Below, one piece after another: positions 51,001 to 63,000 of a stretch of DNA of 64,000 bases (position 1 is the stretch's first letter; the number at the start of each line of letters is the position of its first letter). The notes below the pieces were generated by a model. It had not been told where the DNA came from and made no database searches. It was given only the letters and a program-made list of their open reading frames with translations. A program made the translations under genes and the position numbers. Source of the DNA: Candidatus Omnitrophota bacterium (GTDB taxonomy: Bacteria; Omnitrophota; Gorgyraeia; JAFGHF01); NCBI GenBank assembly GCA_020341815.1, contig CP070837.1, forward strand, positions 1,172,575 to 1,236,574, given 5' to 3'.

Positions 51001-54000
51001 TAAGCATGGCGCGCCTAAGGTTGCCGGGCGCATCTTTGAGGCAGTATTGAGGCTTTTCCCTGCGGGCGCCTCTGTCAATATTGACGAAGCAGTGCTCAAG
51101 TCAAGGTTCAATATAGAAATTACCCGCATTAAGGAAAAGAAGACCAAAAAATTATCATATCTCTGGTTTAACTCAAGAGGCCAGATGATTTATTCGGAAG
51201 ACAACGGCATCAGCGTGCAGAAAGGAGAAAAAACAGAGCGCACGCTTTATCTTCCTGCGCTTTCTGATGAGGTATCCCTGCCTTTTGCGCCTTTGTCCGC
51301 GGGAATGAGCCTTACCGTTCCTGCGCAAAACAGGGAATTCGACTGGATGTATGTCTATACCAGGAACTTACCGGAAGACGCAGAGTTTGAATTAGTATTT
51401 GAGGATAGGGCCTCCGGAAAGATTATAAGCGTAATTTCGCCGGTAGCCCTGAATGAGCGCTCTGAACTTAAAGAAAACCAGATTCTTTTCTGGAGCCCCT
51501 TCGAATATGCTAAGTTGGATTTCACCAATCAGAAAAAACATGAAGCATTAGGGAAGAAGGTAGAGAGGTTTACAGCCTTTAGAGACTATGATATTAGCAG
51601 GACTTCGGTTTGTTTCGGCACTCTTCGTTCATTGGTAAATAGAGAGTTATGGATTGTGCCTCTTGACCTGTTAAGGGCTAAAGGGGTTGAAAATATATCT
51701 CAGATAAAGGTCTCTCTGAAGGGAACAACTGCTGCTGGCCTTGAGATTTCTGAGTTAAGGGTTGCCGGGCCATATCCCCTGACAGAGAGAAAACTGGAGA
51801 CGCCTTTACCTGCGGCGGCGCTTAAGACAGAGGTCTTCTCGGATGGAGAGGCAATGCTGCTGGTTAAAGATGCCCTGGGTTTTGAGGCAACATATCTGTT
51901 ATCTTTGCCTACACGAAACGAATATAAAAACGACCTTCTCGCAGTGAGCGATAACCCCTGGATAGTTACCACGAAGAGGCTTACCTGGGAATCCTTAACC
52001 ACGCAGGACAAAGAGCCGGAGAGAAAAGTTAAGGGGACAACAGAGGTATTGGGAGCGCGCCGTGATGCCGTGCGAGTGCATTCGTCCTATAACGACCAGA
52101 TTCTCTATATACGGTTTCCTTTCTATGAATACAAAGACGGGAAGGAATACCTGCAGGTAATTTCCATGCCTATAGATTTAACTAAACAAGTAGAGATTGC
52201 CCGTTTTGACACACAAATAAGCGATACCGAGCCGATATCTATGGCCTATTTGACTCCTCGCTCAAAGGGTAACATAGTGGTGTTTGATTTAACCATAGGG
52301 TTAAATCAGCGGAATCCAAAGGCATCTGTTTACGCCTCCATATTGAAGGGCTTATCTCCCGAGCAGGTTCAGGAGCATATTGAAATTGACGCACTTCAGA
52401 TGCAGCTCATCAAATACTTTACTCTTAACGGACAAAAAGGTTTAGAAGAAATACTTAATTCTTTTGTTTCTATTTCCGATGCCGGGAAGCTTGAGCCTAG
52501 GCCTCTTGGCGAGCGAGAAGATGCGCCTTCGTTAGGTAAGGAAAAAAGTGATTGGTTAGAGATAGAGCCTCGATATGAAACTGAAGAGGCATTGGCAGAC
52601 CTTGCCTTGCCCAGAGCAGGCAAAAGCAAGGAAGAGGTTGCCCTTAGGTTTAGCAGGCTGAAGGAAGACGGGTTTGAACCCTTTAAGGTCATTGATTGGG
52701 ACAGTCGTCCTTCCTGGGTAGAGGCTGCCCTGGTTTATCTGCGCAAGAAGTTCCCGGATAAAGCAAAGTGGCTTGAAGGCCTTATTCGCTCAGGAAAGTT
52801 ACGAGCCGGCCCCGACAAGGAAAAAGTATTATACGGCGCAAATGACGGAGATACCTATCTTATTGCCACCAACATACCTCACCGGAATAAAGAAACAATC
52901 TTAACAGCCCACCTTATCTATGAAACGAACAGAGATACGCCTCTAAAAAATAAACTAGCCAGCAGAGAATATGTAGCATACAGCTTAAGAGCGGAACTCT
53001 CAGGGCGTAACGGCGTCTTTAAGGCCCGTATGCAGGAGTTTCGTTCTCAAGGCAGGCCTTTCTTTATTGTTCCTCAGGAGCTTCAAGAAGGACCGGCAGA
53101 TATTGCGCAAGGCTGGAATAATCCTTCAAATTACATTGACACTTTGGATGAATTAGCCATTTTGGAATTCCTCATCAATAACGATGAGATAGAGTTGGCT
53201 AAAGCTATAGCGGATACCTTCATAGATATTACCGAAGGCAGAAGGCCTTTGTGCGAGGCCTATCATAGGGATACAGGAAGGCCGTTAAAATACAATCCTT
53301 ACACAAAGAGAATAGTGGCAGCTGAAACTACCGCTCTCTTACAGGCAGAGGCAGCGCGCCTTATGCTTGAGTTACATCAAAAGACAAATGATAACAGATA
53401 TCTTGAGTTCAGCCAGAGTCTATTCTCTTGCCTGCTTAATAGATTCAATCCGGATATAAGAGATCATATCGACAGATCAAATGGACATAGTCTAAAGCTA
53501 TTCGCAAATATGGTCTGGACTACGCTAAGGCATCCTGTTAAATCCCTGGAGGTTATTGCAAACAACCACCTGCAAGAGGCCTTAACAAAAGAACTTTCCT
53601 ACGAAGAAGTCCGCCAGGCATTTGAAAAAGATAAATACAAAAGAGGCTTTACGGAATTTCCTTCCTGGCCGATACCCGAGCCGGGGCAGGCTTCGATGGA
53701 GGATAATCTCTATTTAGCCGATATTAATGCCCGAATTTACATCAATATACTGAAGATGCAACAGCTGCTTTCAAGCGCTGAGGTTGATAAAGACGATGAA
53801 GGGCTATTGTTGTTAAATTTAGTTTCTTCACGACAGGAAGAGTTTTTGAACGAGCATTTCTTTAACGACTTAGAGAATAACAGGCTTCCTTATGACGGAT
53901 TTAGCTTTACAGCTCCTTTGGCTGAGCGGCCCGATGCCGGAAAAATGTCAGAATTACTCGCCAGGCTGAGGGATACCTGGCGTCAAAATATGGATAAAGG

Positions 54001-57000
54001 CCGCTGTAAAAAAGCATGGGGGGTCCTCAAGACAATAATTGAGTACGAAAAGGAGAAGCAGACCTTTAAGTTTGGCAGAGAAGATAAGACAAAACAGACA
54101 CATTCTCAAGACAAGCGCAGCATAAAACCGTTAAGCAGGGGCGGCTTTGAGGCGAGCCTCTCTATTATCGAGGCCTATCAGCATTATCGCAGAAGAAATC
54201 CCGATAGCGCCGGTTTAAACAACGGGCAGTTAATGGAATTAGCCATAGACCTCTTCAGGAGCAATGAGATAGAGACCTGCGGTATTTCGGGAGTAGGCGC
54301 TCATAGAATAATTTATCCTGCGGATATGGTGCATATGCAGGAGGCGCTTCTTCTGTTGGGTTATGACAGCGCTTTGCCCGAGATGATTAATAAGTGTTTA
54401 TCACGCGAATTGACGCTCCCCAATTTTATTACGGAAAGAAAAGTCGGTGCGGATATGGGAGTGGTTAAGGCAAGCAATGAGAATGAACGCATTCTGCCCG
54501 GCCAGTCAATACCTGTTACCATTCGTCATTTAAATAGCTTGGAGGAAAGCTTAAAGAAGGACCATTCTTTAGAGCAGGATACAAATAGTAACTTGAAGGC
54601 CTCAGGCTATAAGCCGAGGTTCTTTTTACCCTTGAACGCATTAACTATTATATTCCTGGTTGTTCTTGCCCTGATTGCCCTGCTGCTTTCTATATCTATG
54701 CCTTGCGTTGCAACCTGGTATATTTACAGATTTCAGTTGAAAAAATGCGCCAAAGGAATCTCCGGAGGCAAGCGTGTTTTTGACAACGAGCATTTAAAGC
54801 GCTCCCATAAATTTTATTTAGACACTATCCTTAAACTAAACAAAAAGCGCTTTGCCCGCCGTTCCGACCTCAGCACTCTTGGAGGAATGATATTCTGGCA
54901 GTTTGTCTTTATTGCCGCGGTGCTTAAGTGGATAGATCTGTCCGGAAATGAGCAATACGAGGCACATTTAGAGAACTTCGTAATTGCGCTGCATAATTAC
55001 CTGGGAGAAAAGTTTGCTGAGCAGAAAGACGAATGGATTTGCGTAAAGCTCGAAGGCCGTTTGCAGGAATATGCCGAAGAAATAATAAGGCATCTCGACC
55101 CGGATAATTTACAATTACATCAGGCCCAGGCCGTTATCGATAGACTGAATATAGCCGGCTCCTATATTGAAATTAAAGCAAGTTCGCCGCTATTAACCCT
55201 CCATCCAGATTTTGTAAATAAAATCAACGAATTTAGCAAAAAGAATATCTCTTCAGTCCATCCTTTGCTTAAACTCCCGAGTATATTTTTAGTTCCTTTT
55301 ATCTTCTATAGTCTAATTGTTATAACTTCAATGGTGGCACATCACGCCCCTCAGGACTTGGTGGCAAAGACGCTATGGCTGGCTTTTGCCCAGGCAATAA
55401 AAGGCGTGAGTATTTTCTGGCCGATTCTTTTCGGAATACTTTTATCGGCGGCCTTTTCAGCCTTTGTCTTTCATTGGCTGAAGGGCTTAAGAAGAAGCAG
55501 CCGCTTTGACGGGGTTCTTAATCTTGTTTTAGGTATCGGGTGTTTAAGCCTTCCTTTGATTGCTGCGGGCCTGGTTTTGAAGCTGACCGGTTTGGTTTTG
55601 CTTGCCTTGGCTTCCGGCGCAGTAACTCTGTCGGTTTTAGCGGAGATTCACTGGTGGGTTACCCGTAAAAGGCATAGCCGTATTGTCAGCGCCTGCCTGG
55701 GAGGGGTATTTGCTGCCCTTGCATTTATCGTAGGCTTCTCTGTTGAGTCGGCCACATTCCCGCTGCTTGCCCTTAAAGAGGTAGTAGTCTTTATTCTCTC
55801 TCTGGAGGCCTTGGCCCTATTATGGTCGCGGGCTCTCTCCTGCTGGCCTCTGCCTCTTGTGCCTGTGTTAACGACACTCTTTAAGTTTGTCGTTTATACG
55901 CCTTTTGCTATAATCGGGATGTTTCCTATCTTTGGGCATCTTACCGAAATAAGGATGCGCCTGAAGAGCTGGTGGCGGGACATGATTTCCTCTTTTTATA
56001 ATCCTTCGGACAATGAGCCGCATTCGGCAATAGGCATGTCCCTCCATTATTATTTCCGTCCGACTATTTTGATAGGAAGGGCCCGTAAGCACATTGTCTT
56101 CTTGCTTGCCACTGTTATAAGTTTCGGTTTGATGCATTTCTTTGGCGCGGAGTTCAGCCTGTTTTTCTGGTTTACAAACCGTTTAGGGGCCGGCGAACTG
56201 TATAAAGTTATTACGGGTTCTGCAATATTTGTTATGTTTGCAGAATACCTGCTTTTATTCTCTTTGTTTATGGGCCTGATGAATATGTTGGCCGTGATAG
56301 TTGTTTGCACAAAGTTTATAGTCTGGTCAGTGATTATGTTTCCTGCTTTGCGGCTGGCCTGGGATAAGCTGGGCCTGGGGCATATAATTATTGGCCAGTG
56401 GTTTTTTGTCTGGGAGGCAAACTGGGCGACTATTCGCATATCTACAAACGGCACGCAGGGCTTCTGGAAAGGAATAAAGCTGTGGGGCTGGGGCGAGCTT
56501 GACAGGGTCGATAATAGTAAGAAATATTTAGCAAGCTACTTTGGAAACCAGGCGCTGTCTTCACAGAAGCTTTTAGCAACATATATGTTTGAGGTTATGG
56601 TGAACGAGGGTAGCCCTGAGGAAGCACGTGAAGAGGCAATTCGGGTAGCGTTAGAAGATATGGGAGGATGGTTTAAGGTCTTCAGGCAGAACAGATTTGC
56701 GCCTTTTAAGAATATTTATGAGGAGCTAAAACGGGCCTGTCCCGACAGATTTACGCATACAAACTTTACCGAAAAAGAGGCAAAGGATGTTTTAACGGCT
56801 TTCTTCAAAGCTGAATTGGACAATGTAAATGACCATGAGAGCGAAACCGTAGATTTCGATTTCCCTGCAGGAATTGGCCATTCCTTATTTATTCTGGAAG
56901 ATTTGGAAAAGCTTAGAGAGCGTCCGGACTTTCCATTGATTGTCGCAGGATTTAAGCTGCACTGGCGTATGGGTGAGGCTTATAAAGCCGGGGGAAGCAT

Positions 57001-60000
57001 AGAGGTAACCTTTAACCTTGCAAACAAGATGCGCGAGGCCAAAAGGATAGGAATTGCCCACAGGATTATTCTGGATATAGGCCGTAACAACCTTAAAAAG
57101 GATAAAGGTCCCACTGACCCTATGGCTTTGCTTCAATGGCAGAAGGAATTAGAGAGGTTGAAGCAGGAAATAGTTGCAGAACGTCGCAAGAATCCTAACC
57201 CTTCAAAAAATAAAGCCTTGAAGAAGCTCACTGGTGATGCAATTGAATTTCTTTCTCTGGTGGCCGACGATAGAGAAAGAATCTATTTTGCCCGCAGGAT
57301 TGAGGAAGAGACGGGCGTTGAATCTTATCATGCGCATACCAAGACCGCGATAGGGCAGAAAGGCGGCGGCCAGCTTTATGGTTATTATCATATGTGTGGC
57401 TATGATGACTCTCATGTGTTCAGTTACGAGGTTAACGATCAGAATAGCACCACTCAGGATGTGCGCAAATGGGCCCGCGGCGTGCAGAGGATTATAGCGG
57501 CTTACGATTGCGATAATCCTATCAGTATCGATATAAATATGCGTAGCCACAATCGCACTGCGGAAGATTTCCATAGCTACTCCGATACCACAAATCTTAT
57601 AGAGCAGGGCGCTTGCCTGATGGCAGAGGCCTTAAACCATATATGGGGGCCTGGTTGGAACTCCAAGACCCTGGTCTTATTTGAGGAGCTTCTCACGGCC
57701 ATAAGTTATCGGGACTTTCCGGTTATGCCCTTTACTAATGCGACTCCCCTGCGCGGTGGGGTGTTCAAGCGTCTATGGGCCAGGCTCTTTGGCGGCCTGA
57801 GCGCTCCTTTTATGCTCCCTGATATCAGCGAAGATAATGCGACCCTGTTGAGTAATATACATACCGCCGCTGCCTTGGGATACAAACCCAAGGTAAAGAC
57901 GTCTGAAGAGGACGGAGAAAGAGCGCGCGGTGAGTTGAATGACGTCCGGGAAATCTTTACCCGTTTCCGCTGGTCTGAAGGCAGGGCGCAGATGGAGAAA
58001 TGCCCGCAGTTAATACACCAGATGGCCTTCAGTTTTCTTCCTTTATGCGAGAGACTTTCTTATGAGATTATCGGCTGGATTTATCAGGGAAATCATATAT
58101 CAATGCTTGCCAATATTATCCTGCCTTTTCTTATCTATTGGGACCTTAATTGCTTCCGTGGAGCCTTAGCTGCCTTATGGTTCTTGGGCCTCTTTGCCAA
58201 TCAGGTTCTTACCCTTGCTGCCCTTATCGTATGCGTGCGGAATAAGGGCTTAAGCCCGTTACAGTCTTTATTAATAGGGGCAGCCAGCTTTTTCTGCGTT
58301 GCTAAGATGTATAGCCTGTGTCTGGCAGGCCCTCCGGCTTTAGCTATACTTATCTACGGCGGCATTAATCTCGGCATTAATATCTGGCTGTCCAACCGTA
58401 TCCGCGATGCCTATTTGTTTGCCCCGGGAGTAACCCTGGAGTTCTGCGCTCAGCAGAGGAATAATTTCGTCGGCTCAGACTTAGTCTTTAGAATCTCCGG
58501 TGCAGGAAATTACGCTACCCGGCCGGATGTTGCCGCAGGCATATTATATAAGCCTGATGCTAAAGCATGGGTTGCTAAGGCTCCGGAGGTGTTAAGAGAC
58601 AAGAAGGGCAAATTTTACCGTATGGTTACTTGGCTTTGGAAGAAGGCTGCCGTAATATGTATTTCCTTATTATTCCATCTGGATTTAATTTCCTGGCCTA
58701 TTTTCAATAAATTTAGCTGGATAAAGGCATTCTATTCAAAAGAGAATATGGGATATTGGGACAAGGAAAAGGAAGACTGGATACAGGGAAAATTGGGAGG
58801 GGTTCAAGAGGTGCTCAAGTATCAGTTTATTAGCAAGTGGGATGATAAACCTAAAGACCCCCGCAAGTTCAGGCATAAGCTTAGCTTTATGGATACGCCA
58901 ATGAACAATGCTGTGGCAATAGGCCTGTTTGCTGCCTGCTGGTATATCCTGTTTATGATGCGGCTTAATCTTTCACACTTTGTTTTGATTGCAACTGCCA
59001 TAATCTTTTCTCAAGGCCAGGCCTTTGGTGCCTTCCTTTGTAAGCAGAAAATCGGCAAAGCCAGGGGCCTCAGCGTTATCGTTGACGGTATAATGAGCTT
59101 CTTCGGCTTTCTCCTGGGAATCGGCGCATTGCTGCTTTTTGTCAGCAGGTCTTATCCCGGATTTAAGGTTCCTCTTCCTTTTATAGGTTTGGTGAGTCCT
59201 AATATTGCGCTTCTGTTAACCCTTGTCTTTGTCGGATGTCCATTTATAGTGAACGGGACATACCTGCGCATTGTCCATACTTGGCTTTATTTCCGTAAGC
59301 GTAACCTGAAATCCCTAACTATAGATGACTTGCAAAGAGTAAAGCTGGCGGGTGTAGAGTTGTACACCGGCTATCTTGCCCGCTGGAGCCAGTGCCTGTT
59401 TAGGCACTTTATATGGTCGTTACTGCTCTGCTCGCCATTGGTGTATATCTCCCGCCAGCCGGAATATACATTCATTCAGGGCAAAATAAAGCATATTCTC
59501 ATTGTAGACTATTTCGTTTATAAATATATCTTTTTGGTGGGAGGACTTATCCTTTCTCTCATTTTGTTAGCCAAATTCAGCAATGGAATTGCGAAAAGGT
59601 TCTGGGCTTATAGAGCCTTAAGCGCACAGCGTATTTACCTTAATAAGGAGGCGCAACTTCAGAAAGAGATTAGGCGGGAATTAGAGTCTACCCGTTGCGG
59701 GTTGGATAACGCCTTGACAAAAGCGCAGTGGAATAGGGTAAAGAAACTAATTGCGGAGATAGAATATAAGGTTAGTCCTTATTGGGCTTGCATAGATAAG
59801 AGCGTGTCTTTCGTTCTTTACCTCCTGGCTGCGGCAGAGCTCGTTTTTGCCGGCTTAACCTTTACCTTTATGGCGCTAACTGCCCTTTTATCATTATGGA
59901 CGATTCTGCCCATTATTCCAGAGGTTGCAAGAGACGCTATTACAACTATAGGTAATAGTACTGATTGGATAAAAGCAAAGATGCCAAAGAAGTTTTCCTC

Positions 60001-63000
60001 CCCGATTATTTTACTTATGGCGGCATCAATCACATTGCTCTGGGCCTCATCTGCTTTTGCTGCAGAGGCGGTTGTTGATACCGCGATTCTTGCAGGCATT
60101 GCGGGAGCACTTCCAGAGATAATTTTAGCTATGATGATAATTGTAGCGGCATTTTACATTATTCTTTATGCTCTTCCTGGGTGCGAATTTTATGGCGCAG
60201 GCAAGCTGAGAAAATTATTCTCTAAACTTAATCCTTATTTAAGCCCTGTTATCAGGCGAATTAGAAGTTCAATCTTTCTTTCCACCTTGACTTTTCTAAT
60301 TTTCTTGCCCGGGAAAACTTGGGCTCAGGAAACAGCAGTAGATGTGTTATTCGATTGGATATGGCCTATTATAAAATGGGGAAGTATGGCATTCGTAGCA
60401 TTTATTATTTTGTTCTTAATAATGGTATTAATACTGTATGAAATAGATAAAAGATATATGGCTCGCCTGAAGATAGAGAACCCGCAGCTCTGGGCCTATA
60501 AAAAAGTTGTGAGATCATTCGAAGCTATTAGGCATTCAGAACAGAAGTTTTTCGAGGCATTAAAGAAAGTGAGGAAGGAGGAGCGAGAACATGCTTACAA
60601 ATGGGTAAGCTATAGCACTGAGCAGGGATGTGAGGACTCGGAGAGCACACCTTGGGACTATAATGCTGACGTCATTAAGTCAGAGCTACAAAATATCAGA
60701 GAAAAAAGGAAGGAAATAGAGGAACTTTCTCTGCAATATTTCCCGGACATATATTATGCATCACAGATAGAACGAATGGAAAGTGAGATACCTCAGCTGG
60801 GCAAATTTATAGAGGAGTTGAATAAAAAGAAGCCTGCACTGGAAGAGCTATTAGATAATCTAGAAAAAGGAAAATGCCCAAAATATAAGCGTTATGATTG
60901 GAAAAAGCAAAGAGAGGTATATGAAGATATATATATGCCCTTCCAGATACAAGGAGTAATAAAGTCCATAAAAGAATGTCTGGAAGGAATTGCCGATAGG
61001 GAAAAGATTTTGAATAAATTAAAGGTAAAAAAGGAAAACTTCAAAAGAAAGCTTGAGGAATATTGGCAGGATAATCCGGACAAGAGTTTTTACGATGAGC
61101 ATATAGAGGAGATATTGGAATTGAATAAACATCATCTGCATAGCAGCCATCCTGACGATTACAGGCCTGAATATCACGGGACAAGGTATGATTTACTCAG
61201 CAGAGTAAAGACTTTCGCCAAAAAGAGCTCCGATAATGGCCCCAATTTTTCCTCTCCCATTATTGAAAGAGTCTCTTCATCTATCTTGCACCATGGCTTA
61301 ATTGCAAGCTCATCTATAGGAAAGATATTTCTTGTATTAACTGCGGCAGTTTTTTACATTTTATACAAAATAGTTAAACACAGCCTCGATAAGCAATATT
61401 CCTTTTCGGAGGAAGAGCAAGAAATAGTAAAGAATATTGCTGCTCAGATGGAAAGTTTAAGATATAAGAGTTCCCGTACCTTATGTTTCGCTAAGGAGCT
61501 TGTCGATATTTTAGGGATAGATTTAATAAATGAAGTAAGAACGAAATATCAAGATGCGAAAAACAAAAATAATATAGAAGATGAATGTAAAATAATAAAA
61601 CTTTTAGCTAAAAATATCGTTGAGAAATTTGAATATCATAATGGCGTGTTTGAATTAGGTACGATTATTGAGATAGGGAAAGCTAGTTGTTTAGGGTTTA
61701 CTCAGGTATATTTTGTGTTAGATGATTATATTGGTTTTTCTATTGAACCAATTCATGTTGTTAAAAGCTTTCATAGAAAAGGCGGCAGAATTGCACATGC
61801 AGCTTCTTTGTTTACGTTATCTAATGGGCAAAAAGTAATGGTTGATGGAACGCCGCGCACTTTTCTTGTGGGAGATAGATTTGGATTAGAAGAGTATTTT
61901 AATAAAAAAGGTCTTTATTATAAGGTAAAACAGGGCAGGCAAGGAATTTATCATATAAAATTTAGAATACTTGATAAAGATAGCTTATCAGCAATGGTAT
62001 ATAATAATATGGGAGTGGCTTTTAATGATAGAAGAGAATACCAAAAGGCAATAAAATATTTTAAGATAACTATTGGGATAGACAACAGAAGCCGGAGCGC
62101 ATATTATAATTTGGGGTATACGTATCAGCAGTTAAAGAAATTTGAAAAGGCCATTGAATATTATAAAAAAGCTATAGAAATAGACCCAGAGTTTGATTCC
62201 GCTTATTATTGTATAGGAGTTTCTTTGGCTAATATTTGTGTTATATCGGGAAGATATAATCCAGAGATTGAGTATTATTTTAACAAGGCCATAGAGTTGA
62301 ACCCGTCATCACACAAAAACGAGGCAACGGAAATATTGGATGATGTCCGCAGAAGGTTATTCAACTCCTCAAGCCCCACAACCTCCAGCAGCCCTGTTAC
62401 TTCATTAGAGAGGTGTCTAAGGGAAGCCGAGGAACTTTATAGAAAGGCTCAAAGCAAAGAAGATATAAAGGAAATGGCAAAGAAATATCAAACAGCGATA
62501 GACACGATAGAAGATTATCAAAAGCCACATGATTCTTCCCTAAAGCAATATTTGAAAATAGCTAAGCTCGGAAAGCGAAGAGCAGGGGCATTATTAAATT
62601 GTTTTGATGAAAAAGTGGAAATTTTAGATGCGCAAGGTAACCCAACGGGTAGAAACATAACAGTATTTAAGGCACATAGGCAAGATTTCGGCGAAGTGCA
62701 TGGAGCTGTAGGCCTTGAGATAGGAAGCCTAACAGGAAAAAGGTCCCTTGGGCAGGTAAGAGCAGAGGATAAACTTGTATTTCCCGGAAGGGTTACTGTT
62801 GCCGCTTGCGGGCAGATCGATGCGGGAAAAACTCCGGAAGAAGCAATAGAGGAAGAAATAGAGGAAGAAATAGGGGTAGGCGACTTTCGTTTAAAGTTAA
62901 AAGCCGAACAATTGATAAAAATAGGACGATTTGACTTATTTTTAGGTAAATACGATTTTGTTTATTTAAACAAACAAGAGAAAATTAAGTTAATAAATAT

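Noticed and set aside
51300-51770. Possible carbohydrate-binding beta-sandwich
   Set aside because: Only a general strand pattern; no specific motif
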